A stretch of 64,000 bases of DNA from Octopus vulgaris (Eukaryota): NCBI GenBank assembly GCA_951406725.2, contig OX597818.1:57598001-57662000 (forward strand), written 5' to 3'. The notes under the pieces are model-generated. The model ran no database searches, had not been told where the DNA came from, and worked only from the letters and a program-made list of their open reading frames with translations. The translations under genes were made by a program, and so were the position numbers. Below, piece after piece: positions 27,047 to 40,822 of the stretch. Position 1 is the stretch's first letter, and the number at the start of each line of letters is the position of its first letter.

Positions 27047-27818
27047 AACCAATACTTTCCAGTTTAAAATACGCAAATATTTTTAAAATTTGATTTATAT
27101 GAATAAGAAATAAGATGAGATCGAGTTGCAGAAACTAATGCTTTAATCTCTGTTTAATACTGCTCTATTCTGTAGATATGCTTTAAAACTAACTTAACAG
27201 TTCGTCTAAATGTATGTTTTTATGTATGTCTTACGAATTATTGCGAGAAGAATTATTTATTCAAGCACGTCGAATATAAAGATGAATAATATCTGATATA
27301 TTACAGTTTGAATATTTAAGCGAGTCATTTGATCGTCTCACGCAATGTGGCCATGTAACCTGATCAGTTATAAAATAGCAACTCGTTTGCCTTTCATAAT
27401 ATAGGTCAGCAAAAGGTTCAGTCGTTATATAGAGCAAAGAATTGGATTCATATCGCTTCTTTATGTTTAACACCTTCGGCATTGTGAGGAAAATTCCTGC
27501 CGTTTCATATTCTTCGGTTCCACTATCAATAATATAATTTAGTTGTAATATTATGACATAATTTTAATCAATGAATTATGTTTCTTATATCAGCACATCT
27601 CCTTCACACCTTCAGTGTGTAATAACATTTGACCAAATTAATTAATGGCGGAAATAATGAATTCGCATCCTCCATGAACGTTTTGGCACGTAAAATCTCC
27701 CTCTGTGGATTATTTTTGTCTTCCTTCCAACGCTAAACACAAACCATAGAATTAGAAATCAGACATAGGTTCAGGAATACTACAATGATGAAAATAAACA
27801 TTCGCATAAACATTCGTA

Positions 27819-28614
27819 ATTTTGGGTAAAATTTTCGAAAAATCTTTGGGTAAAACTTTCGGTGAAAATTTTCGAAAAATTCTTAGGGAAAATTTTCGAA
27901 AAAATTTTTGGGTAAAATTTTGGGTGAAAATTTTCGAAAATATTTTGGGGAAAAATTTCGAAAAATTTTTGGGGGAAATTTTTGAAAAGTTTTTGGGTAA
28001 ATTTTCCCCCAAAATTTTTCGAAAATTTTCACCGAATATTTTACCCAAAAATTTTCAGAAAATTTTCCCCGAAAATTTTACCCAAAAATTTTTCGAAAGT
28101 TTTATCAAAAAATTTTCACTGAAAATTTCCCCAAAAAACTTTGGGAAATTTTCTTCAAAAATTCCCTAAAAATTTTTCGAAATTTTTCCCAAAAATTTTT
28201 CGAATATTTTGACCGAAAATTTTACCCAAAAATTTTTCGAAAATTTTCACCGCAAATTTTTCCCAGAAATTTTTCGAAAATTTTCACCGAAAATTTTCCC
28301 AGAAATTTTTCGAAAATTTTCACCGAAAATTTGACCCAAAAATTTTTCGAAGATTTCAACCGAAAATTTTCACCGAAAATTTTACCAAAATTTTTTCAGA
28401 AAATTTTACCCAAAAATTTTTCGAAAATTTTACCAAAAAATTTTCACCAACAATTTTTCGAAAATTTTACCAAAAAATTTTTCGAAAATTTTACCAAAAA
28501 ATTTTCACCAACAATTTTTCGAATATTTTTGCCGAAAATTTTACCCAAAAATTTTTCGAAAATTTTCACCGAAAATTTCCCGCAAAAATTTTTCGAAATT
28601 TTTCCCCAAAATTG
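27819..28614. repeat. A/T-tract minisatellite (~36-bp degenerate unit) with internal polarity switch
   Basis: Right part: (ttttacccaaaaatttttcgaaaattttcaccgaaaa)n; the left part (~27819-28000) is its reverse complement. Confidence 0.93.
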
Positions 28615-28627
28615 TATCTGAGTAAAC

Positions 28628-28728
28628 CGGGGTCGATAAATTAAGTACCAGGTGCGTACTGGAGTCGATCTAATCGACTGGTCCCCTCCCTCAAAATTTC
28701 GGGTCTTGTGCCTAGAATAGAAAAGATT
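28628..28728 (+). mobile_element. Family B SINE 3' fragment
   Basis: cggggtcgataaattaagtaccag...ttgtgcctagaatagaaaag. Confidence 0.85.
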
Positions 28729-29544
28729 TTACAGGAATAGAAGTTGAAGTTTGTTTTGCGCAAAATTCTAAGTGTTAACAAAATTTCTTCTCGGTGTTGT
28801 TGAGGTAAATGTTAATGTAAGCTTACTCCATTTATACATGAGGGTTACAGGTGAAGATAGCCTCTAGCACTTCTGTTCATTATTTTACTACAGGTGATGT
28901 AGAAACTGAAAACCAAACTTTTTAAAAATGAGATATAGATCACCTTTATCCGTGCTCAGACTTTAGAGCTACCTCTTGGCAAAATATTATGGTTCATTCA
29001 CAAAGACATTTCTACTGTTATTCATATTAATTGTTCCAAATCTGAACTAATCACGCGCAAAACGAAATCCATGTACAGATATAGACGATGGAATTTTTAT
29101 TTGTTTGGATATGGTAATAGTTGTTTATGCGTTTTTATCATTGTAGTAAGTATACTGATGTTGTTGCTCCTGCTATGATGATGACACTGTTGTTGTTGTC
29201 GCCTGAAAAGTTTTCCAAAATTCCTAAAACTAATTCGTTTATAAAAGTAAACGAAATTTCTCATGTTTAAAATATGATTGAATTATTGCAAAAAGCAGCT
29301 TATATTTGCCCGATACGCTTGAGGATTCTTTGTCTCTGTGAATTGACGCCATTATAAATGTTGTTGAAGGAAAATGTTAGAAGTTTTTTTTATTGAGGCA
29401 AATGTGAAATAAATAATATAACATTGTGTCTCCTGTAAACACTGCATATTATATCATCAAGTAATGGCTCCTAATTCTGCAAAATAAATTGAAAATTTCA
29501 AAATTCAGAAAGAATCACTAAACTATCTCAAACCTACAACCATT

Positions 29545-29591
<47 letters not shown>

Positions 29592-29640
29592 GAATAATAA
29601 TAATAGTAATAGTAATAATAATAATAATAATAATAAAAAT

Positions 29641-29674
<34 letters not shown>

Positions 29675-29875
29675 TTAATAAAATAATAATAATTATTATT
29701 ATAATAATAATAATAATAATTATTAATATTATTATTGTTGTTATTCTTACCTTCCTTCTCGTCCCCCTCCTAATCGACCTCCTCCTCCTCGTCGTCATTC
29801 TTCTCCTCCTCCTTCTCCTCGTCATCATTCTTCTCCTCCTCCTCCTCCTCCTCCTTTTTCTTCTCCCCCCTCCTC
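29545..29875. repeat. (AAT)n/(ATT)n followed by (CCT)n trinucleotide repeats
   Basis: Directly visible. Confidence 0.93.
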
Positions 29876-30589
29876 ATTGTTTTCGTTTGTGTCAGGTTCG
29901 GTCTTATTCCTAGTAAGTGTAAAGTACGCGTTTCCAGTTTGTTACCTTTGCGTTGAATAATACAGGTATTATTTAATTCATTTGTCATACCTTTGTGTAT
30001 GAGGGTTGGGGACGGAGACGGGCTGATCTGGATTTGATGTGTAGTTTTGCGAGCGTGTTTACACATGTTGTACGAGAGAAACTGAAAGAAGCCCGTTGTA
30101 CACACACAAACTTACACACACACATTCACACATATATGTATGCACATATCTATATATGTGTGTTTGTGCTTATCCCAACCCATATCCGCTTGACAACCGG
30201 TGTTGACGTGTCTATGTCACCGTAACATTTGCAGAAGAGTGGGTCCCCAAGTGCATGTGCCCTAAGAACTTACACTCAGTCAAGGGATTTTTGAATATTC
30301 CCATAACATGAATGGAATTTTCTTTGGAATAGACCAATAAGTAAATTTTTTCGATGACCAGAATTTCCCACGGTCAATTCTAGTCGAGAGATTATAGTTA
30401 TACTCAGTTAAACGCGAGTACACTCTAACGCCATCTACCGCACGAAAGTGTGTTCCGCAATAAAGGGGAGATAAATATTACTTCTCGGTATTAATGCAGC
30501 CTCTGTTGCTAATATATATTTTAAAACAAGTTCACTGGCTCATCGCGACCCCAGCGTTTGTACTGGTACTGTTATCCTATATATACATC

Positions 30590-30650
30590 GCTGGTAGATA
30601 AACACAGACACACATACATATACACACACATACATACACACACACACACA

Positions 30651-30701
<51 letters not shown>

Positions 30702-30868
30702 GTATACATATACATTCTTTCATTTTCCGTCTACCAAATCCATTCACAAGGCTATGGTCGGCCCGAGGCTAGAGTAGAAGACACTTGCCCAAGATGCCAC
30801 GAAGTGGGACTGAACCCCGAACCTTCTGGTTGGTAAGCAAGCTACTTACCAAACAGCCACTCCTGCTC
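30590..30868 (-). mobile_element. Family A SINE (5' half plus microsatellite)
   Basis: ccgtctaccaaatccattcacaagg...gctacttaccaaacagccactcctg. Confidence 0.88.
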
Positions 30869-31384
30869 CTGCTCAATATATATTTAAGTTAGTTGCGTTC
30901 ACTCTTTCAATAACAGTTATATCATTACTTTATTTACCATGATCATACTTTGAAATTTTACTGAATGTTTAAGCAAAAAATGCAGGTTAAAAAATAAATC
31001 TAACAGATTTTTAAAAATATTTACTAATGGAAACGAAATACAAAATTCAATTGTCCTCCATTTTCGTTTTTACGTGTTTAACTAAACAAAATCAATAATG
31101 CAGTTCTTTTCTTTTTACTTATGTAACATTCATGTCGACAATAAACTCTGTTTTGATATATTGGAGTATTTTGTGATGCACACCTAACAGCTCTTACAGT
31201 TTTATTCTTATTTATGCAGGAATATTGACTTGAAGTGGTGTAACAGACGATATGAAGAAATGCTGAATCAACAAAAATATTCGAATGTAAACTTTAAAGT
31301 GTAATGAATATCGAAAACTGTTCAAGACTTCTAGAAACATTATTCATATCCTAATATAATAATGAGCGTAGTGTTTTTATATAA

Positions 31385-31389
<5 letters not shown>

Positions 31390-31469
<80 letters not shown>

Positions 31470-31518
31470 TATACATATATATATACATATATATATACAT
31501 ACATATATACATACATAT

Positions 31519-31561
<43 letters not shown>

Positions 31562-31589
31562 TATAAACATATATATACATATATACTTT

Positions 31590-31635
<46 letters not shown>

Positions 31636-31660
31636 CATATTTACATACACATATATATAT
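31390..31660. repeat. (TA)n/(TACA)n microsatellite
   Basis: Directly visible. Confidence 0.95.
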
Positions 31661-32121
31661 TTGTCCAAAATCACAGAGTAAGAGTAGGACGGAGTAGGAG
31701 AAATTAGTATAAGTGAAGGTAGAGGATAGAAAATAGTAATTCAGTGAAGGAGGTGTAGTGAGAGTAATATCCCTGACTGTTAGAGAATGGAAGAAAGTAA
31801 TAGCAATGAAAAAAGGAAGTAGTGATACATGAATAAAGAAAGATGGGGTGAAAGAAAATCAGCGTTTCAACTCTGTGTGAGTATATGTGTGAGTATGTAA
31901 AAGGGAGGTATGTGAATGCTTGTTTTGTGTATGTGTGCGTGTACTAGGGAATTACGTGAATGTTTGTATCTGTGATTATTATGTCCCTTTTTTTGTACTT
32001 TATTTATATAAAATACTACAATTAGCAGTCACTTTTGACGGTACTGGGTCAGCTAGTAATCATAATAACAAACATTTTAATGCGAAGTTCTACAGGGATG
32101 AATGGTTATTTTATGTCCCCA

Positions 32122-32358
32122 GGGTGGCGAGCTGGCAGAATCGTTAGCATGCCGGGCAAAACGCAAAGCGGTATTTTGTCAGCCGGAATTTTGTTCTGAG
32201 TTCAAATTTCGCCAAGGTCGATATTGTCTTTCATCGTTTGGGGGTCGATTAAATAAGTACCAGTTATGTAATGGGTCGATGTAATCGACATAAGCCCTTT
32301 GTCAAGTCCTTGTTTTCCCCCCTCTATGTTTAGACCCCTGTGGGCAATAAACAAATAG
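32122..32358 (+). mobile_element. Family B SINE monomer
   Basis: Head, core and tail present, diverged. Confidence 0.85.
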
Positions 32359-32569
32359 ATACTTTATGCCACAAAAAAATGAAAATTATGGGATGTGAGC
32401 TCAGAACGTAAAAAGATGTAAGGAATGCCGATACGAATTTTGTCCGACGTGCTTGGAATCGATGATGGCGGCACCGTGTTGATACAGTTCATCATTTTGC
32501 CGCTATCGCATTCATAATCACCATCGCAATCGCAACACCACCACGACCAACACTGACACCATCAACCAG

Positions 32570-33161
32570 ATTTGACTCCAGTACGCAACTTATACTTATC
32601 GACCCCGAAAGGATGAAAGGCAAAGTCGACCTCGGCGGAATTTGAACTCTGAACGAAATACCGGCTGATGAAATACCTATTTCTTTACTACTAACAAGGG
32701 GCTAAACACAGAGAGGACAAACAAGGACAGACAAACGAAATAAGTCGATTATATCGACCTCAGTTCGTAACTGGTACTTGATTTATGGACCCCGAAAGGA
32801 TGAAAGGCAAAGTCGACCTCGGCGGAATTTGAACTCAGAACGTAACGGCAGACGAAATGCCTATTTCTTTATTACCTACAAGGGGCTAAACATAGAGGGG
32901 ACAAACAAGGACAGACATAGGTATTAAGTCGATTACATCGATCCCAGCGCGTAACTGGTACTTAATTTATCGACCCCGAAAGAATGAAAGGCAAAGTCGA
33001 CCGCGGCGAAATTTGAACTCAGAACGTAACGGCAGAAGAAATACCGCTACAAGGATGAAAGGCAAAGTCAACCTCGGCGAAATTTGAGCTCAGAACGTAA
33101 CGGCAGACGAAATACGGCTACGCATTCCGCCCAGCGTACTAACGTTTCTGCCAGCTCGCCA
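32570..33161 (-). mobile_element. Family B SINE tandem multimer
   Basis: One head (33120-33161) followed by repeated ~185-bp headless units. Confidence 0.9.
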
Positions 33162-33299
33162 GCTTCTTTATTTTATATATTTCATGTCGAATGAAAAATC
33201 TTTTAACGGATAAATTTGTGTTCTATTTCTGCAGATAATTTCAATTGATAATAATTTAATCTTTGTATTTGTTTACATGACACGATTTAAAGGGGCGTA

Positions 33300-33510
33300 T
33301 TGATTTCAGATTTTGGCACAAAGCCAGCAATTTCAGAGGGAGGATAAGTCAATTACATCGACCCCCGGGTTCAACTTATTGATATTTTATCGACTCCAGA
33401 GGAATGTATAGCAAGGTTGACCTTGATGGCGTTTGAATTCAGAACGTGAAAACAGACAAAATACCGCTAAGAATTTTGTCCGGTATGCTAACGTCTCTAT
33501 CAGCTTATAG
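33300..33510 (-). mobile_element. Degraded family B SINE
   Basis: Core and head recognisable. Confidence 0.75.
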
Positions 33511-34459
33511 ATACTATTGACAGTAATTCATCATTTTCTCAAATTCTATTAGTTAATCAGATAACGGTATCTCAGCCAAAACAACACGGTGGTAAGAAGA
33601 CTAACAAATACAGATAAACGCAAGTATCAGATACACAAACAAGAGACGGACAGATAGATGAACAGTTAAACAGATAAGTATGTTTATATGAGTGTTTGAA
33701 TCTAAATTCTTGAATATATGGTAACTTTGTGTTCATAAAGAGTCTCCGTCTACTAAATAAAATTGTTAGGTGTTGGTGGTATCAGTCACTCTAGTTTTAA
33801 AATATTCCAGCATTCCAGCATCGGCAGTGAAACCTAGACAAATTGTTTTCAAATCAAGCATCTGATCCACTCATTCTGGCTTCCTCTTGTGGACGGAGCA
33901 AATAACAATGTAATGTTCTCATGAGATTATAAACAAACTTTCAATTGTCAATAATCCCATGAGAATATTAGACTGTTTTCCTTGTATTTTATAGTTATAT
34001 AATATTGCTTAGGGGTTTATCGGAGAAATTCAGTTGAAACTAAGAACCAAACAATAAAATTATTGGAGGAAAACATAAAATTATCAACAGACTAACAAAA
34101 ACTATCACACAAGCGTACATGTTTATTTTAAATGGCTAATATTACTCATACGGGATGCAACTTCTAAAGTTTTGTATTTTTGTTTAAGATTAATCATAAA
34201 CATCCGCCATGATTCCATAAGTTTGAAAATGAAACAGGATTGTTTAATTCTAAAACAACAAACAACATAATTGATACAGTTATTAACGAACTAATTAATT
34301 TTCCGCTTCCTTCGGAGTGGGATACATTATCGATATAATTCCTTGTGCTAGAATTAATTTTGAAAATCATCAAGAAAGTTAAAAGAAAGCTTTATACACA
34401 CGTTCACATAATTATATGCACACGTCTATTATCTATTATCTATTACATGCTTCATTACA

Positions 34460-34871
34460 TTAGTCAGCGGTCATGCTGGGGCATTGCCTTGAAGAATTTT
34501 TACTCGAATACATTAAACCTCACTACTTATTTTTTTATAGCATATTTATTCTATTTATGCTATATTTTTTATAGCATATTTATTCTTAGCGGTTCGTTTG
34601 CCGAACCGCTAAGACACGGCGGACAAAAAACGCCCAAGAGCCGGTTTTCTAGCGGTGGTGCGGGTAGGAACAAACACGGACACACGTAGAAGTATACAAA
34701 CATATATACAACAAGCTTCTGTCAGTTTCCGTTTATCAAAATCGCCCACAAATCTTTGATCGCCACGAGGATTTAGTTGAATACACTTGCGCCAGGTGAC
34801 ACGCCGTAGGGCTGAATCCTGAATAATTTGATTGGGGAGTAAGTTTCTTACCAAACAGCTACACCTACGCC
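34460..34871 (-). mobile_element. Degraded family A SINE
   Basis: gccgaaccgctaag...cagtttccgtttatcaaaatc...cttaccaaacagctacacctacgcc. Confidence 0.8.
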
Positions 34872-34882
34872 ATATATACATG

Positions 34883-35323
<441 letters not shown>

Positions 35324-35801
35324 GCTATGAAATCCCGAGTCTTATGAAAACAATTCAGTGATTATACAAAACATTACGCTTTGCAATACATGGATTACAA
35401 AACTAATTATAACGGTGTGTTTTAAAATCCATCCGATTTGTGTAAGCTTGGTGGATATAGCCAAATTCCAGGAACAACAAATTATTTCCCTATTAAATTA
35501 TTGCAAAAACCTCCTTACATGCACGCGCACTTCCACACATGAGCATGACAGACGTACACACAAGTAGATCGATGTATACATAATTATCACAAATATACTA
35601 ACACAAACACACACACCCACCCACACACACATACACACACACAAACGTACACACAAGGGCAAAAACGCACACATCATGCACGCGCACTTACATACACACT
35701 CACGCACACACACTCACACATAGGCTTACACAAACATACATATATGCATACACATATATGGATATACATGTATACATTCTCCAACTGTGTATTTTCCCTT
35801 A

Positions 35802-35842
35802 TTCTTTTCCGTTAAAGAGCGTAGGCTCGAAACGTAAAAGAA
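35802..35842 (+). ncRNA. Degenerate minimal hammerhead-like motif in a PLE-terminus-like repeat
   Basis: ttctttt-ccgttaa-a-gagc(gtag)gctc-GAAAC-GTA-aaagaa; the CUGANGA box is mutated. Confidence 0.4.
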
Positions 35843-35924
35843 ATTTTCATTTTCCCAAGCTCAAACTAATATACTTGCTTGTTGTTCATATACCTGTCTC
35901 CATTATTTGTTTCATATATGTATG

Positions 35925-35977
<53 letters not shown>

Positions 35978-36213
35978 TTGTGTGTGTGTGAGTGAGTGTG
36001 TGCGTGTGCGCGTTTGTGTTTGTGTGTGTGTATAATTAAGAGAAATAACTTCTATTAAGCAATTACACAGTGAAAGACTTTATCCATATTAAGTACAAAA
36101 ATATTAAATATACTATATTTCTCTTAATTTTATACATATATTATATATTGTGAAAATTGACTTAGAATTGCTAAATTGAATTTTTCCATGTAAGTTTCGA
36201 AATATATTCCCTA

Positions 36214-36214
36214 C

Positions 36215-36257
<43 letters not shown>

Positions 36258-36270
36258 AATAATAATAATG

Positions 36271-36316
<46 letters not shown>

Positions 36317-36338
36317 TAATAATAATAATAATGATAAT

Positions 36339-36343
<5 letters not shown>
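36214..36343. repeat. (TAT)n immediately followed by (AAT)n (self-complementary)
   Basis: Directly visible; polarity flips at ~36254. Confidence 0.93.
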
Positions 36344-36378
<35 letters not shown>

Positions 36379-36453
36379 GTATATACATATATACATATAT
36401 ACACAGAAAAACGTACTTGGAAATGGATGCATGGAGCTCAATAGTATAATAAT

Positions 36454-36485
<32 letters not shown>

Positions 36486-36511
36486 CATATATACATATAT
36501 GTGCATGCTTA

Positions 36512-36576
<65 letters not shown>

Positions 36577-38994
36577 GTTCTGTTTTGTTACCAATTTTGA
36601 CCTTCCGCAAAATCCCAAATTTCATTTAATTTGCCTTGCGGGAGCAACTGTTTTATCAAAACCTTATAATTTTGTTAAATGCACGAAATACGAGACTAGA
36701 AAAACAGCCAACAACTGATGAAGGGTCGTTCTTTAAGTTGTTTGTCTTGTTTTCCATTTGTGTCTTTTGTTGTTCGAAAGAATAGTTCATGTTTCTTGTA
36801 CTCGTGCTTGGTAAATTTTTGTTGTAGACGTTTCGTGACGTCCTGTGCGCACATATGAACTTAAATGGATAGTTCTGAACCTCTTCTTCATTATTGCAGG
36901 ACACTAAATCTGTGCTTAATTACGTTTTAATAGCCTCTGGTATAATATTAATATAATATCATTTATTGCAAGACATAAATTTTGGAGATAAAATTACTCG
37001 TTTTTTCCATTTCTTTTGGTGTGCAGTTGTTGAAAATTTCTGGGAACAAATGTAAAAATTGAAATGCAAAGGAACAAGATAATAAATGGATTTCTGAATG
37101 AAAGTTTGGTACTTGCGTTTATTTCCAGCACGCAACACATTATTGCAAACATGTTTTAACTAACCTAAACTATGCACACACACAGATACATTCATATATA
37201 TATGTCTCAGGCTGTAGCTGTAATTCAAAGGGGCCAGGCTTTTCATATTCTGCGTGAGTCTGAATCTCCCTGAGAACCACGTTAATGTTATGAATGTCTG
37301 TGGAGTACTCAGCTATTTGTAATTTTATTTTATCCTCGTGTGGTAAGGAAAAGTGAAATTGACAGCCAATATTTGCTGTGACTATGTATCTATATGTGAA
37401 CTTTTCTTTTGATTTATGTATTTATTGTCTCTCTCACTTTTTCTCCTTCTCTTTCACTTCCTTTGTTTCCCTCTGCTCTCCCGCTTTTGATTTAACAATG
37501 TGTATATGTATCTATGTATCTACTTCTCTTGCGATGTGATAAACATATAAAAACTCAAAACGAACGCCGCCACAACTCACTGTCTCCTTCACTCTCTCTC
37601 TTTCTCTCTCACACTCATTTTCTCCTCATTCTCTCCCTTTCACTCTCACTCTCTTATTTTCTTTCTCACTCTCTTTCTCTCTCACTCTCTCTCACTCTCT
37701 TACTTCCTCTCTGTCCTCCACTATCTCGCTTTGCCACTTCTTTGAAGTAAGTGTAACGCATACAACAGATACGTAGAATAACAAAATATTAGCGTATTAA
37801 TACTATCGATAATAATAATAATAACACTAACAACAACAACATGAATAATACCTTTAGGAGGAAAAATTAATAAAAAGTAAAAAGATCTTGTGGATCATTC
37901 TAATCCAGTTATAAGATGCAATTATAATTTTTTGTTACATTGAACAGACAAAGCTTTAGAATTTAAATGCTATCACAGTGAATGCTATCTACAAAGAATT
38001 CACACACCGCCATAAGATTAATACCGTTAGGCATCTCAGATGAAGAGGATAGGCAGAGGTTTCTCTAATGTAGATAACACGTTCAACGCCGGGATTTACG
38101 ATTTGGTATATTGTGCTATGGATTGTGGAAAAGAATATTTTCTGGGCAAGAAATATCGAAGTTACTAAAATGCTGAAAGTTTTTAAAATCAAAAACAAAA
38201 ATAACAGCTGAAATAGCGATAAAAAAAAACCGGATATACATTTTCAATTCATTCAAAAATAAACTGCTGTAAGGAAAATCTGTAATTGCGTCTGATGTGA
38301 TGCTAAAACGAGAAGCTGGATCATGGTTTGTGACTGCTTAAGGAAAAGGAATTCAAACGGAATTGATACTAATTAGACGAACCTAATTCTCAGTCACAGA
38401 TAAACGGTAGAATGTTAAGGAAAATGTTAATAGAGGTTTTAAGACTCCGAAATGAGTGCAGTAAGCCAGCACAAGAAACCTATGTCTCCAGTGTTACTCA
38501 CACCATTCCTGTTTATATCTAATTTAAATATAATGCATACGCATGAGGTTGTTGAACTGAAGGTTGTTTATTATCTGTTTAAATTTCCCTGCTGTATTGG
38601 GATTTTCGTATACAAACCAAATCGTAAATTAAGGATAACGAGTTGGATATGTAGTTATTGCTAATAAGAAGTAAGCGTGGCTTATACTAATGGTGCCATG
38701 CTTAAGTGCCTAAGTGCTCCCAGAAGCTAGGAGAAGTGAAAAGTTAATGTAGCTATTACAAACTTGACGATTGGAAATTGCATCCTTTTGATGTAGATGT
38801 TAGCACGTTAATAATTTGCAGAATTTCTTTAGACAATGAGAAATACGAAGATTAATTCAAGAACAAACCTTAGAAAGCTGATTAGAATGTAATCCCTGTT
38901 CAAGGAGATGTTGAGTTTCTAAGCTGCAACAGGCTCTGAGATATGTCATAGGTAACTAAGAAGAGATTCTAACGTTGTGAGAATCGGGATAATA

Positions 38995-39199
38995 AAGATA
39001 CTAGCTTTCAGGCCAGAAATTTTGAGGAAGAGGCTAAGTCGATTACATGAATAACAGTACGCTACGGGTACTTACTTTATCGACCACGAAAGGATGAAAG
39101 GCAAACTCGACGTCCGTGTAATTTAAACTCAGAACGTAAAGACGAACGAAATGCTGCTAAACATTTTTAACCGGCGTGCTAACGATTCTGCCAGCTCGC
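38995..39199 (-). mobile_element. Family B SINE monomer
   Basis: Meta core and head gcgagctggcagaatcgttagcacg. Confidence 0.85.
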
Positions 39200-39205
39200 A
39201 ACTTT

Positions 39206-39257
39206 AATAATAACAATCATAATAATGATAATAATAATAATATTAATAATAATAATG

Positions 39258-39306
<49 letters not shown>

Positions 39307-39365
39307 TGATGATGATGGTAATAATAATAATAATAGTAATAATAGTAGTAGTAGTAGTAGTAGTT

Positions 39366-39413
<48 letters not shown>
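39206..39413. repeat. (AAT)n-(GAT)n-(AGT)n compound trinucleotide repeat
   Basis: Directly visible. Confidence 0.95.
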
Positions 39414-39568
39414 CTAGCTGTGTGAAGGTTAGCTTGCTTACCAGCCACATGGTTCCTGGTTCAGTCCCACTGCGTGGCATCTCGGGTAATTGTCTTCTAT
39501 TATAGCCTCAGGCCAACTAAAGACTTGTGAGTGGATTTGGTAGACAGAATCTGAAAGAAGCATGTAGC

Positions 39569-39612
<44 letters not shown>

Positions 39613-39835
39613 ATATATGTATGTATATATATGTTTGTCTGTGTTTGTCACAACCACCATCGCTTGACAACCGATGTTGGTGTGTTTACATCCTCGCAAC
39701 TTAGTGGTTCGGTACAAGAGAGCAATAGAATAAGTAGTAGGCTTATAACAAATAAGTCCTGGGGCCCATCTGTTGGACTAAAGGCGGTGCTCCACTATGG
39801 CCACAGTAAAGTTACTGAAACAAATAAAATAATAA
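39414..39835 (+). mobile_element. Family A SINE
   Basis: Head, internal microsatellite and tail present. Confidence 0.88.
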
Positions 39836-39900
39836 AAAGTAAAATAATCGTAAAAACAACAACAACAACAATAATGATAATATTAATAACAATAATAACA

Positions 39901-40413
39901 ATCCAATGTGACTATAGTCGCGCCTTTTAGACCAGATATGGTTGTGGTAGATAAAGGAAAAGAGGAAACCAAGATTATGGCTATTGCAATACCTAGAGTG
40001 CAAGCATAAGTTTCGTAGAACTAAAAAATATTGAAAAGTACAGACTACTGAAAGACGAAATTGCAAGAACGAGAACTATGAGGAATTTTTTTTTCATTCC
40101 AGTAGGTTTAGGAACACTGCGAGCACTAACAACCAATTTCGAGAAAACATGTCAGAGAAATCAGAATTGAACTGAGAGCAGAGAAAGCCCCCATAACTGC
40201 TCTGCTGAGGACATCTAGAATTTTGAGATTGGTTCTTGGGTGTTGAATGTCTCCCACGATAATTAACAGCCATGTATCAAAGTTTATAACATGCAGAAAG
40301 AGACCATGTGCAACCTCTGACAGCAGGCTGCTGTCCGCTCCCACAGAATCTATCAGGACAAACAAGACCGAGCACTCTGAGAAGTAAAACATTAATAATA
40401 ATAATAATAATAA
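39901..40413 (+). mobile_element. Dong/R4-clade LINE 3' fragment (restriction-like endonuclease) with (TAA)n tail
   Basis: Translates RPDMVVVDKGKEETKIMAIAIP...IEKYRLLKDEIAR...IPVGLGTL...TALLRTSRILRLVLG, matching the RPD..D(I)AIP..KY..L RLE pattern; ends in (taa)7. Confidence 0.82.
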
Positions 40414-40571
40414 CTGTCTTGATATAATACCAGTCAGTGGTTGCCGTGGTTTCTTATCTTAACTGATTAGAGCTACAACAAATATTCTGCTCAATACTGC
40501 AGCTATGAAGCTTACTGACCAGAAGCAGAAGTAACAGTGGAACACCATAGCCATATGTTGAGGGAGAAGCA

Positions 40572-40822
40572 GAGACACACAAACATACACACACACACAC
40601 GCACACACGCACACACACACACACACACATATATATATGTATATATATAGATATATACGACGGGATTCTTTCAGTTTTCGTCTACCAAATCCAGTCACAA
40701 GGCTTTGGTTGGCCCGAGGCTATAGTAGAAGACACTTGCCCAAGGTGCCATGCAGTGGGACTGAACCCGGAACCATGTGATTGGTAAGCGAGCTACTTAC
40801 CACACAGCCACTCCTACGCCTA
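40572..40822 (-). mobile_element. Family A SINE (5' half)
   Basis: Near-consensus head on the minus strand. Confidence 0.9.

Noticed and set aside
27752-28621. K/F/N-rich repetitive ORFs
   Set aside because: Translation of the A/T-tract minisatellite.
36685-36740. ctgatgaaggg as a hammerhead core
   Set aside because: No downstream stem II partner or GAAAC found.
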